Positions 15,501 to 28,149 of a DNA stretch of 64,000 nt are shown here, one piece after another. The position numbers were made by a program, and so were the translations under genes. Numbering within the stretch: position 1 is the stretch's first letter; every line of letters begins with the position of its first letter. Source of the DNA: Bugula neritina (taxonomy: Eukaryota; Animalia; Bryozoa); assembly GCA_964035545.1 (NCBI GenBank), contig OZ037770.1, positions 14,560,642 through 14,624,641 on the forward strand, given 5' to 3'. The notes beneath the pieces are model-generated. The model was not told the origin of the DNA and did no database searches. It saw only the letters and a program-made list of their open reading frames with translations.

Positions 15501-17356
15501 TATAAATGAGTTTTAGCCTGAAATCTTATAAATAGCAGTGAACATATGTTGAGATCCCGACTATCCATTTTTAAAATTTATTTTTTTTAAATAAAATGCT
15601 TTGCTATTTCATTTTATAAAAATAAAATTTTTAAATTTTTCAATTGAACTTTAAAACACTGAATAAAATCAGTTGATGTATTTTATCCAAGCAACTCATT
15701 TCGGCAGCTGCTGCCTTTTATTCTCTGCTGACATTTTATCTTCTTTTGTTATCTTGTGTAGAGGAACAAGGCCCAATGCCACCCTGTGATATGCCCTGTG
15801 GTAGAATGCGCTAGCCCAGTCACCCTGCCCGGAGAATGCTGCCCGGCGTGCCCTAAGGCTGCAGATAACACCTCCAAGACCTGCTTCTTCCCGGGAGACC
15901 ATCGGGATCACGCTGTCGGCACCGTCTGGCACCCCTTCATGCACCCCGGGGGCTACTTCAAGTGCGCCGTCTGCTTCTGCAAGGTAGTCATGGCGATAGA
16001 TAAACAATATCTTGTTTTAGATATTCTGGTAGTCATGGAGATAGATAAACAAATTTCTTCTTTATCTATGATATAAATGTTTGCCACATGAGGCAATTCA
16101 GTCTGATGCACCTGTGAAGGAAACATGACTGACGCTGTGATAATGCATTGAGTATTCTGATTCGTTTACTAAGTGCTTACAATTCTACAATTAGGTGAAT
16201 ATATTTATGTCTAGCTCTTAGGTCCTAAGTCTAAACAATTTGAAGTGTGCCATAAGATGATCTTAGCTGTTTGTAAATAGAAATGCACATTTTCAGAGTG
16301 ATGGAGATGGGTATGACTGCAAGCAGACCGCATGCCCCGCCCTTTCCTGTTCCGAAAGACATCAGGAAGTGTTACCCGGAGAATGTTGCCCGTCGTGTAA
16401 AAGTTAGTTTACTGTTACAGTTAATTGTTCATTTACCTTATAATAAAGTTATCACCAAAATATTACATTCATATGCATATAGAAAGATACTGTCTGTGTG
16501 TTTACAGCGTCCACAGGTGTGGCTGGATTGGGTCAAGGTCAAAGTGCTCCAGATCTGTCGAGGATGCAAGGAGATAGCGACAGCTACAGTTCGTGTACTG
16601 TCGGAAATCTTCAGTACGCCAACGGGGAGAGTTTTAACCCTGAAATAGCCACACTCGGCATGTATGGAAAAGTTGTGTGCACGTGCAATGTGAGTAGCAG
16701 AAGAATGTACTAAGAGTTATGGTCTCTTGTTAGGTAGTATATTGTGTATCTAAAACTGAGCTGACAGTCTTTTAAAAATATTTTTGATCTTCAAAAATGA
16801 TCAAACTTTTTACAAATTTTCCTTTTTCAATATTTAGCAAATTTCTGTTTATGAGCTTCTTGGGAGTTATGATTTTTTTAATAATTTCCTTTAGGCAAAA
16901 TAATGAAGTTATATAATGTGCTTTTTATATTATATAATATTATATACTTTTTATATTATTATTAATATTATAATACATTACATATGATATTATTTTATAT
17001 ATATTTTATATAATGTTATATTATATATATTTTATATAATGTTATATTATATATATTTTATATAATGTTATATTATATATATTTTATATAATGTTATATT
17101 ATATATTATATTTTATATACTATTTCCAATGCATAGACTGGAGTTGTCTGCTTTTCTGTCTCATAGAATGGTAAGCTAGATTGCAAGCCGATAGAGTGTG
17201 ACTGCAGTAAAAAGATATCAAGAAAGAACAGATGTTGCATGAGGCAGTGTGGTTTCACAGAATCAGGTGATAATCTTCAATAAACCAGTTTTAATCTCTT
17301 CTTGGTTCTTAGCTATATTTCATTTCATAGATCCTATGACATCATCAATTTCATGA
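6562..17356 (+). CDS. chrd: Chordin / short gastrulation (BMP antagonist), 5'-partial, 18 coding exons, about 860 aa visible
   Basis: Phase-compatible GT-AG exons: 6562-6662, 7848-7989, 8546-8680, 8985-9093, 9252-9357, 11149-11284, 11709-11923, 12451-12699, 12956-13081, 13697-13838, 14195-14382, 14751-14846, 15254-15457, 15762-15983, 16297-16402, 16508-16689, 17167-17266, 17331-17356 (alternative read-through stop at 17281-17283). CR1 reads [31 protein letters not shown]...CCKIC. The CHRD repeats include [20 protein letters not shown] and [19 protein letters not shown]2 reads [18 protein letters not shown]3 reads [33 protein letters not shown], and MQGD precedes CR4. The 1+3 VWC arrangement around CHRD domains is diagnostic. 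Confidence 0.95.
7225..7812 (+). repeat. 10-bp minisatellite (TATACTGACT/TGTATACTGAC variants)
   Basis: Direct reading; ends about 35 nt before the chordin acceptor at 7847. Confidence 0.95.
10055..10345 (+). repeat. 22-bp minisatellite (TATAACTTGTAATACATCTATC-like)
   Basis: Direct reading. Confidence 0.9.
12748..12826 (+). mobile_element. tRNA(Ala-TGC)-like pseudogene / SINE head (family A) in chordin intron
   Basis: GCCTCCATAGTGTAATGGTTAG...CTTGCAA...GGTTCGAGTCCCGGTTGTGGCA then T6. A and B boxes are intact but the stems are mismatched, and related copies are dispersed in the window. Confidence 0.65.
14500..14700 (+). mobile_element. tRNA-derived SINE (family B)
   Basis: Collinear with 48573-48790: GCAGCCGTAGTCTAGGG...GGTGATGTTAGGAAGAGCATCCAGTCATAATTG...CTCACAGG..GTGACT. 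Confidence 0.8.
16990..17110 (+). repeat. About 25-bp AT-rich tandem repeat
   Basis: ATATATTTTATATAATGTTATATT-like units. Confidence 0.8.
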
Positions 17357-18779
17357 TGATTACGTAACTTTTGGATGATAGAAATCAACACTCGTTGTTG
17401 AACATAGTATAATATAACAATATAATGAGCATATAATATATATTATATAATATAATAATATAATAATATAATGGGCAACATAAGACCTAGTTGACTAGAA
17501 AGCTCAAATTTTCACCAATAATTGAATACCAAATTTGTCACTATTCTTATTATACAAAGGCTCTTCGCCAAGACTTGATAATTGTAAACAAATAATTGTA
17601 TAACTTATTCCAGACTTGCTAACTTTAGACCGCATTATTGAAATTCTAAAACACTAAAGTTTTTAAATATTAATATCTCGAGTTCTATTTGCACTAGAGA
17701 CTTCAAATAAAGTGCTAAATGTTTGGGAAAGTTTACTCTATCACTCCATAGTAATAAATGAGTTTTCAAAATTTTATATACATCCCCTGTTTTGTGGTGA
17801 CAGGTAAAATATCTTTTGTAAAGTAATAAGGGTGTTGCAATGTCATCAGAGTTGTAGTTAAAGAGTAATAAAGTCTTTGCTCATGATAACAAAATAACTT
17901 GATAACTTTTAATTTTGCAATTTAGTAGAGAATACTACGAAATGGCGTATACAGGTATATGTTTGATATTCACCGTTGTACTTACCCCCGTATTGCAATG
18001 ATATCTGTTGTTAGATCCATGCTAAACTTTTCACCTTAAGCTGTGGTATGCAGTGTGTTAAAAGGCACCAGCACTCTAGTTTATTCCAATCTTACTGTTA
18101 CAATCCTAATTAAAATTCAAACAATTGTTTAAATTTTAAAGTTAGTTATTTTAATTGCATTTACATACTATTTTTCATTTCTGCTTACAATAGACTACTT
18201 ACCATGCAATATACTCTCTGTGTTAACTTACTGTATGTATTTATCATACTTACTTATATTCTAACTTACTGTTACTGTATATATTTACTGTGTTTACTTT
18301 CTTTTCACCTACTATGCTTAGCAAGTAACAGAAATTTTGGATATTTTAGACATGATTAGAAAACGAAGAAAGAAGGATAAAAACAAAATAAAAGATTTGA
18401 TATGTTAATAGTACTGCTTGCAGAAGTGCCTTCTAATTACATATCACGTGATGTCATTTTCTCTGTAATTAGTATATATGTGTTATATCATTATAATAAT
18501 ACTAATATGGTGAAAATTGGACAAGCTTTAACACATTTTTATTTTATTATACTTTGTAGTAATTTAAATCAATGTGACATAATTATATAATATATTTATT
18601 ATGTTATTGCTAAATGTGCAGAATAATTTACAGCCCTATCTGTACAATGGCTTTGTTTGTGCAAATATTCATAATACTACTATTTATATGACATAGTATG
18701 CATAATCTTATACGTTATTATGTATTATATGTTATTATATAGTACTCTGCTACATGTTACGTAATATTGTACCTAGGTT

Positions 18780-18985
18780 TTTATGTAATACTACATGTTA
18801 TTATGTAATACTATATGTTACATGGTATCATATGCTATTATGTAATACTATATATCACATAATATTATATGTTATTATGTAATATCATATGTTATTATGT
18901 AATACTATATGCTATTATGTAATATTATATGATATTATGTAATACTATATGTTATTATGTAATATCACAATACTATATATTATGT
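18780..18985 (+). repeat. 20-bp tandem repeat (TATGTTATTATGTAATACTA)
   Basis: Direct reading. Confidence 0.8.
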
Positions 18986-20751
18986 GAAGTTTTCAATAGA
19001 ATACATCTTATTCATTCCTTAGTCACTATTTTTATTTATATTATGTTTAATGCAGCTGGAATAATCAGATCTGGCTTATATTTTTCTACCTTAAACTGCT
19101 TATGTACATTATTGTTTTATATTGCTTATTACTCATTTTATGACTGTTATAATGAATTTTATCACATATCATACTATTAAATCGTTTTCTGTGCATTTGT
19201 GTATAAAATAATATATCATTGCCACTCACATTCATTACTGTATTTGATTCATTGTTTTACTAGTTATTGCAACATAATTCTTGGCTTTAATAAACGACTA
19301 TTTCTTATTTAATGCCTTTGGCAATCCTTGAAAGTAGAAATATTTTACGCGGGCTCATATGGTACAGGTACACTGTTCCCAATCTGTCGAATTTAACACT
19401 GGAGATAAAATGCAGCAATTTGCATTAGCTTGCTGCTGCCTTTTTTTCTTTACAAAGCTGTACACTGTTTAAAGATGACATATATGTCGATTGTTATACG
19501 TCTACGTTAATCAGTAATTATGTAATAACTAATAATATCCTATAAATGCCAATATTATTTCAAATTTTAGATATTTCTACAAGAGTATAATTAATTGTTT
19601 TGAGGTGTTGTCTTACAGCGTAAATAGTGGAGACAACTAATTTTAATGAACAATTGTAGCGCGTGTTCTCAAGACTATGCTTAATCCATGTTTGTGGACC
19701 TTTAACACCTTCCTGACTTCTTCGGAAGAGTTCCAAGATCTAGTACTACACAAAACAATAGTCCGAGATGTTACTTAACGACTTTCATGACAAATCTTTA
19801 GTAATTCTTTTTGTTTGCAGACTACTAGTTTTATCTTTATGACTATAATGATTTAATAAAATTTTAGCTTGCACTTTCACTTTGAGTTTGACTGAAACAA
19901 TCAACATTTGATAATATTAAGATTACTATTAGGCTTAACAAGTTAAACTTGCTGAATTGCAACTAGTTTAGTTTAATGAATCTGTGCAATTATATTTACT
20001 AAAGTAGTTTGACTATATTTGCAACTGTTATTTTACTTTCACACTGTGACTGTAATACTAATTCAGTAATTGTAAAACAACTACAACTACAAGTATTACA
20101 TTTACTATCAGTATTACTATTAGTAGTATTAGTATTACTATTACTATTAGTATTAGTATTACTAATAATAATATTGGTATTATTACTAATACTTATAGTA
20201 ATACTATTAGTATTACTATTAATATTAGTAAGTTTTCATTCTGAATTAACAGAATTTAAAGTTCATGATCAGTTCCGGTTCATGTTATTGTTATAAAATT
20301 GAATATGAGTATTGATAATCATATTCAAATTGCCTTATTGGATATCATTTATTCATTCTGATTCTGCCTTCTGATATTTGATCTGATTTCTCGTTGTGAT
20401 TTCGATGCTCATACTCATAGTAATAATTTAAATTATAGTGATTATCATTATGCCTTTTCTGTGGGCTGTGTTTAGTTTTACTATATTCATATAGAGTTTG
20501 AATTTTGTTTTAAGGTTTTGATGGTCATGAGTATCATCTTATTCACCTGAAGCCAAATGAGTAGTTCACACTAGTAGTAGGAGGCACTTTTACTAGTTTT
20601 AGCTTTAGCTTGTCCTTAAGTTTAAATTTGTTTTCTACTTGTAGTAAGTTTTGTGTTCATGTAGATAAGGGCCAGGGTACCAGCTCATAGTAAAACTGAA
20701 CGTAATAATTATAATAATTGGTGAATTCCATATAAGCACTCTTAGTAAGAT

Positions 20752-20784
<33 letters not shown>

Positions 20785-21081
20785 CAGTAGTAACACAAAG
20801 TCTAATCGTAGTAGTAATACCAATAGGAAACTAAAAATAAACTGAATGGATTTTAAAATTGAATATGAAACCCAACCTGTGTAATTTCATTTACGATAAT
20901 GCTTAAGCTTTTAAAATATTTTTTTTTACTTTTAGTGCATCAAAGTGCTATTTGATAATGTTCCAACTAAAACCTAAACTTCTGCTTTTAGCATCACAGA
21001 TAAAAGTAAGAAAACAAGATTTAAAGTAGTCTTTGATATCTTGATCTCAACCTGCTAAGTTCAAAGCACCATCCAGCTAGA

Positions 21082-21945
21082 ATGTCACTCACCACCAAAC
21101 AAACCCCTAGGGGGCAGGTATGTTGAAGTAATTGGTCTTGCAATTACTGATAACCATCACCGTATTACATTCAATGCTGATTATTTCATCATAGAGGAAT
21201 GATTGTTAGAATTTGAATATGTTACCATTATTAACACAATTTATTTTGGTAACAAAATTGGATAGCCCATTTTGGTATTTTATATTTATTTTTGTAACGC
21301 AATAAATTGAAAGTAAAACATGTTATGAGAATTTTTATAGTGAAATTGAGTTAGATTAATGCAATTAGAAATGTGAATTATTGGTTGTAGTGATAAAGAA
21401 AAACTAGCTAAAAGTAATTGTATTATTTTAAGATACACTTCATCAAAGTGAAATAGCTGTTGCACACTTGTTATCTTCTACCCCATTTCAGTTTTATAAA
21501 GATTATGATACAATTAACAGACTGGGTTTTAGCTTACGTAACCTGTCATCATTTTCTGTCAAATATGAGGGTTTTTAAGTGACATTAACCCTACACTAAT
21601 CTTGTGCAGTTACATTTTAGCTTATTGTAGTTAATCCCCAATAAGGTTTGTCTACTCATTGATGTATAATACTTGATTCAAATTGCTAGACTAAGACTGT
21701 CGCTCAGCAAAGAAAACAATAACAAAATTATTTAGTCAAGCTATGATAACCTTTCTATTATCAAATACTGTTATCAATAAAAAATGAGAAGGTGTAGAAT
21801 TGAGGTAGCTAATAGTAGTAGCAGCAGCAGCAATAGTAGTAGTAGTAGTAGTAGTGTTAGTAGTAGTAGCAGTAGTAGTATTAGTAGCAGTAGTAGTGGT
21901 AGTTGTAGTAGTGGTAGTTGCAGTAGTATTAGCAGTAGTAGTAGT

Positions 21946-21976
<31 letters not shown>

Positions 21977-24900
21977 TTAGTAGTAATAGCAGTAGTAGTA
22001 TTAGTAGCAGTAGTAGTAGTAGTAGCACTAGTAATAGTAGCAGTAGCAGTGCAGTAGTAGTACAGTGCTATTTGCAACAGTAGCAGTAGCAGCAGTAGTA
22101 GTAGTAGTAGTAGTAGTAGTATAGTGCAGTGCTATTTGCTACAGTAGCATACATCAATGCAAGTATACAGTGCAGAATTGCACCTCTACCTTGGCATACT
22201 TGTGAAAATATGGTACAGCTACGTAGTTGAGTAATAATTCTGGTCACATGACTGGGAGTCAGGTGACGCGGTTGAAAGATGCTAATGTGAGTTAGTGTCA
22301 CATGTTATTCGGTTGCCATAGAAGAGTGTTCTGACATAACATACAATGTTGACAGTCATAACTGTGAGTGTTAGTTGTGTAGTTCTGATTTGGTTAGAGT
22401 TGGGTGTGAAATATACCTGCCTTTAAGTAACCACAAAGGTTTCCTAAAGGCAAGGTTATTTTACCATCTATTTCTAGTTGAGGTTTCAGTGTATAGTATA
22501 TTAAGGGCTGTTTACTAAACTCACTGTATAATATCAGTATATATGCTCTGTTGGATCACAGAGATAAACTGTTAGAATGTTGAATAGCTATTCTAAAAAA
22601 TACCAAACAAAATGGTTTCTTACCACCAATCTGGCTTGAGATCGTTGAGTGTTTATTATTCTCTTTTGTTTGTGAAATATATTTCAGTTGAAATAATATA
22701 ATATAATATATACTAATGTATATTATAGATAATATTATATGCTAAATTATGTATTGGCTTATAGTAGATAATAAATATATAATATATCATAATTTAAGAA
22801 CCAATTCAAGTCAACTGATTGATATCAAATTAATGACTAATGGTCTATTGAATAATTTAATATGCTGTCTGATTGATTGATTGATTGAAATTATTTAAAG
22901 CATTATAATTATTGGATGACTAATATATTATCTAATAGTAAAATACCCGAATATTACTTAGAAATGTGTACTATAACTAACTTTTTTATATAAATAAATC
23001 ACTGTCAAACTATATAAACATACAAATGTATGGGCCTATAAGTATGTAAATACACATTATATAAATATTCTTCTGTAAGCAGCTTGGAGTTGAGGGTGAC
23101 TGAGTGTAATAGTTTGAGATTTTAAATTCTGTATGTAAGTACACAAGTAAGTAAGTACCTATATATGCTGCCGTCTAGGTGGTTGTCGGAGATCTGCCAG
23201 CGGACTTTCTGCGAGTCCCTCAGTCGTCTTCTCTCAGCTCACAGCAGCAGTACAATGATGAGATGACAGCCAGGATGTTACAAGCCCAGCAGGTCACGTA
23301 TCCTGCTGCCGGGGTGGGCGGCGGTGTGCACCTCCCCACAAATGTCAAAGGTAGACTCAGCGTCAGCATAGCCCAGGTATTCCATTAACTTCCATCGTGG
23401 GTGCTAAGTTTAATCAGATCCCATGCTAACCAGTGTTATAGGTTAGAAATTTTAATGCTTTTATTTCGTAGCAAAATAACTGAACAAGTTTGGAATAGCA
23501 TTTGTCTATAGAGAGAAGTTGAAACATGCTCTAGCTGACACCTTGTATTACTGATAGCTGACACCTTGTATTACTGATGACTGACACCTTGTATTACTGA
23601 TGGCTGACACCTTGTCTTACTGTAGCTGACACCTTGTCTTACTGATGGCTGACACCTTGTATTACTGATGACTGACACCTTGTATTACTGATAGCTGACA
23701 CCTTGTGTTACTGATGGCTGACACCTTGTATTACTGATAGCTGACACCTTGTATTACTGATGACTGACACCTTGTCTTACTGATAGCTGACACCTTGTCT
23801 TACTGATAGCTGACACCTTGTGTTACTGATGGCTGACACCTTGTATTACTGATAGCTGACACCTTGTATTACTGATAGCTGACACCTTGTATTACTGATA
23901 GCTGACACCTTGTCTTACTGATGGCTGACACCTTGTGTTACAGGCTAAGCTAGTTAAGAACTACAGCATCACTAAGATGGACCCGTACTGTAGGATTAGA
24001 ATTGGCCACGCTGTCTTTGAGACTCCCACAGCAAGCAGCGGGGGGAAAACTCCTCGTTGGAACAAAACTGTGCAATGGTAAACTCTATGCCCCAATACTA
24101 AACAGTGCAATGGTAAACTCTATGCCCCAATACTAAACCGTGCAATGGTAAACTCTATGCCCCAATACTAAACAGTGCAATGGTAAACTCTATGCCCTAA
24201 TACTAAACAGTGCAATGGTAAACTCTATGCCCTAATACTAAACAGTGCAATGGTAAACTCTATGCCCCAATACTAATGATATCCATAAACAAAAGGGACA
24301 ATCAAATAGTCAAGTAATTTTATAGTCAAACTAACTCTTTGCCCATAGTTCTCTATCTCTACTCAGTTAGCCTTGGTGCCTTTCCTACTTGTGCTACCTG
24401 GGATGGGTGGGTGGGTGGGTGGACCACTTTCAACTAATTTAAGAGTTCTCAACCTTAGCCCTCACTCTAAGAAATTTACTCATCTGTAACTTTTCTTGTA
24501 AATAATTTAATATTCCTGGTTTGATATAAAAAATAGCAAGATGTGCTTTTTGATGTAGCACAAAACTTTGCTGGTACCAGTGATGCAACAGGTTCTGTGT
24601 TTCTTTGAGTGTTAGATGCCTGGGAGAGGTTGAATTAGCTGTCAAACTGCATTCTCTAATCTGAATTTATCCTAAGTTGTGTATTCCACAGTCATTTTGT
24701 ATTTTGTAGTTATCTGCCCAACGGTGTTACTAACGCCTACATCGAGATCTTTGATGAAGTAAGTGTCTAGCAACTTGGTTAGACTTGAGTGTTTTCATAT
24801 CTGTTCTGTGATGACTGCCATTGATGTGTTTTGGTGCCATTACAGTATCTTTGGTACTATGTCACTTGATGTCATCTGGTATTGAGAGAACACGTTTAAT

Positions 24901-26532
24901 TGGTCATAATCCGCCAGTTTTAGTAATATGCAGCTGATTGGTTGACCTAGGTACTAGTCGCGTCTCCAGTATGGAGGTGTATGCACAAACAAGCATTTGG
25001 TTAACGCACTGTTTGGGTCTTAGTTTTAGATACTAAATTTTTCTGTAATTTGCTTGTTTAATAAATTGTCATAATTATTGTTCGAAAGCTACATTATCCT
25101 TTTTGTTTATATATTATTTTATATTGTATTTAGCTGTCACGTAGTTTAGTATGCTGTACGTTCTCCGCTGCCTGGTGTTATGTAATACTGTGTTTGTTTG
25201 CAGAAGACGTTCACAGGAGACGACAGAGTTGCGTGGGCGTACATAGACATACCCGACGTGGCGCTCAACGGAGGGGAAGTAGTGGACGATTGGTACAAGC
25301 TCTCTGGTAAACAAGGAGACGGTCAGGAAGGAATGATAAACCTGATATTTTCCTTTACTGTAAGTCCAGTCTTCATGTCTAACAACGTCATGATAGTTTA
25401 AGTTTAAGTAAATGATAGCCAAGTTTAAGTAAATAGTACAATATAAGGATTTCTCTCCCCTGACTCTATTCATTAGACAAGGTGGGTAATACAGAAACAC
25501 CATCAAATGGCTGCCGCATGCTGTCGATACTTGAAGCAGCTGTGATTTCTAGGCAGCGACGTATTTCTAGTAGGGTTGTGTTTGAATTGCATTCTTAAAC
25601 TTTGACCTTCTTGCCTTTTTTGCTGTGAATCAAAATTATTCTCCATAATTTGGTGTATAATTTATTTTAATGCAAATTTACTTTGTTACAATTTTGTTAG
25701 TTCCCTTTAGCTGAGTGTGTTATTATCTTTAGATTGGGAGTTGCTTTACCCACAGTAAGAGATTTAGAAAGTTATGAAACCTACTGATATTTTCTACTAG
25801 CTCTCACTCTTGCATGTCAAAGCCGTGCTGGAATGTTATTTAGCCATAGTCTCCTGTATTTGTAGCCTTCTGACCCGATGCAAGTTGCACAGCAGCCCGC
25901 AGTTATGCCCCAAGTGGTGATGATGCCGGGTGCCCCCGGGATGTACCCCGCATATCAGCCCGCATTTCAACCAGGTTACCCTGCTATGGTTCAACCGGTA
26001 CGTTTCACTCTACGGTATCACTCTGCTGTATCTAGTAATTTCATTACTCTAAACCTTGTCTCTGGAAATACTAAATCATGTGACTGCAAATCCGTCTGCT
26101 AAAAGGCTGTATTTTCATCATGTTAACTGGAGAGACCAAGATACAATCTAATGTGTTGAATATGAAAGTTGGCCAACTAGTTTCAGGGTAGCAGTTGGAT
26201 ATATATTTTAAATATTTAATTTAGCCAGATGTATTTAAAATAACAAACAGGATAATTTGTTTTAAAAATGTAAAACTTTGCCATGTTTTATTTAGCTCAA
26301 GTTATTTAAAATGGGTGCTTTGTTTTCGTAGGCTATGGTCCAGCAACCAGTTGTTCAAGGACAAGGCGGGCAGGTCCCAAGAGCACCCCCTCCGAGGATG
26401 TCAGAAGATGATTTGAATCAATGCAAAGACATGTTTCCCAATATCGACATGGAGGTGATAAAATCCGTAGCCGAGTCTCAGCGGGGTAACCGAGACGCTA
26501 CTATCAACGCTCTTCTTACCATGAATGACTAG
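21082..26532 (+). CDS. tollip: Toll-interacting protein (TBD, C2 and CUE domains), 7 exons, 301 aa
   Basis: Exons 21082-21117 ([12 protein letters not shown]), 23179-23376 ([13 protein letters not shown]...GRLSVSIAQ), 23944-24077 ([29 protein letters not shown]...PRWNK), 24710-24758 (YIEIFDE), 25204-25359 (DDRVAWAYI...[18 protein letters not shown]), 25866-25997 (Pro/Gln linker), 26332-26532 (CUE: [14 protein letters not shown]...INALL). Total 906 nt in frame. Confidence 0.97.
21810..22125 (+). repeat. (TAG)n/(CAG)n compound microsatellite in Tollip intron 1
   Basis: Direct reading; source of the poly-S/L/T/V pseudo-ORFs. Confidence 0.95.
23532..23943 (+). repeat. 23-bp minisatellite (GCTGACACCTTGTATTACTGATA, about 18 units) ending in the Tollip exon 3 acceptor
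   Basis: The last unit reads GCTGACACCTTGTGTTACAG|GCTAAG. Confidence 0.95.
24066..24275 (+). repeat. 35-bp tandem repeat x6 containing the Tollip exon 3 donor
   Basis: AACAGTGCAATG|GTAAACTCTATGCCCCAATACTA, with GT at 24078, 24113, 24148, 24183, 24218 and 24253. Confidence 0.95.
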
Positions 26533-26584
26533 GAGTCGTCTTTCACTTCATTCTCTCAGTTCTACTCCATCATATGTTCACATG

Positions 26585-26925
26585 ATCACAGTGAATCACT
26601 CACAGTGATTTACTCACAGTGACTTACTCACATTGATTTACTTACAGTGACTCACTCATAGTGATGTATTTGCAGTGATACAGTCACAGTGATGTACTCA
26701 TAGTGACGGTCACAGTGATTCACTTGTAGTGACAGTCACAGTGATTTACTCACAGTGGCTCACTCATAGTGATGTAATTGCAGTAATACAGTCACAGTGA
26801 TTTACTCATAGTGGTTTAATCATAGTGACAGTCACAGTGATTTACTCATAGGAGTTTAATCATAGTGACAGTCACAGTGATTTACTCATAGTGATTTACT
26901 CATAGTGACAGTCACAGTGATTGTC
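26585..26925 (+). repeat. Degenerate minisatellite (CACAGTGATTTACT / GTGACAGT) in Tollip 3' UTR
   Basis: Direct reading; AATAAA follows at about 26980 and at 27441. Confidence 0.85.
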
Positions 26926-28149
26926 ACTATGAGAGACTTGCTGTAATTGAATAGTGTTTCCAATCAGTATATTTCTGTTAATAAAAGTTTTCACAAACAA
27001 ATGATGTATAAATTTATATGGGAGTTAACTGAAAACAAATTAAGATGGGCCTTTAACTGTCTTAAATTAACCGCAATTCATCGCTGCCCCCCCCCCCCCT
27101 TTCTTGTTGATGGCTCATTGCTATATTCAGTATCATATAACAATTGTATATTTAAATATCCCACAATACCATACTCATGCCTAATATTTATTTTGCTAAT
27201 TGTATTTTTGTGCACTTTTCAAGTAAAATTGTTGTCTATAAACCCATTCTGTACTAGTTAACAGTTTTAATATTCATTACGTACCTTAAGTATGGAAAAG
27301 AATGATACTGTTGCTTTTTCTGTGTTTATTTTGTTGATAACAAATTTTGTGTTTCAAATTTTGCAGCAATTGACGAAAGTTTATATATATATATTCGATT
27401 ATATTTTATTTATATACACTGTGTATTTGTAACGGTATTCAATAAAATTAATTTCTATCATTTTAGTGCGTTGTAGAGAATAGTTTACTCAAAGAAGTTG
27501 TGTTACCATGACTTATTTGCTCTCTTCAAAGTTTTAAATCTGATATTGAAAAATCAATTTCAAAAATAACATATTGGTGTATATTATTTTTAATGAACCC
27601 AATGCAATAATATGTCATTCTTTTTAGAATCATGATAGCATCACACTTACTGGATACTATACTGTACGCTGGTATCTTCAAATTAGCAAAGCAAAGCATT
27701 ATTTTACAGCATCCAATAGTTTTGAGTGCTAGGAGTTATCTTTCCTTAAATAAACTAGAAAAATGTGAATTATGTTTTAGTTAATTGTTCAAAGAACGTA
27801 TAAGAATTATGATGGTTTGTGAAATTCTTGCTTGCAATAGATGTTGAAAGTCTATGGAATTGATATTAAATGAATATAATAAAAGATCACATATCTACAA
27901 ACACTGACGATGACATACACACCCATGCATGCACGCACACAAATATGTAACATATTTATATGTATAAGACTATATGTATGTCCGTACATATGGGCTGTAT
28001 GTATGTATATATCATTACAGGCTAGTACCTTCCTATTATAAATAAGCAAAGCAAACCCCCTTTTACCTTGTGCCATGCATAACGTCTAACGCAACGTTCT
28101 AACATATTTTCCTCTTAGCGTGGCTAAACTTAACTAAACTGTTCTGTTA

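Noticed and set aside
15696-16007. Antisense ORFs over chordin and Tollip exons (also 12871, 25114)
   Set aside because: Shadows of GC-richer sense exons.
17486-17790. Possible MITE downstream of chordin
   Set aside because: No matching TIRs or TSD could be identified.
21736-22301. Poly-T/L/S/V ORFs (also 20009, 20635, 33800-34401, 49154-49540)
   Set aside because: Trinucleotide microsatellite translations with no splice support.
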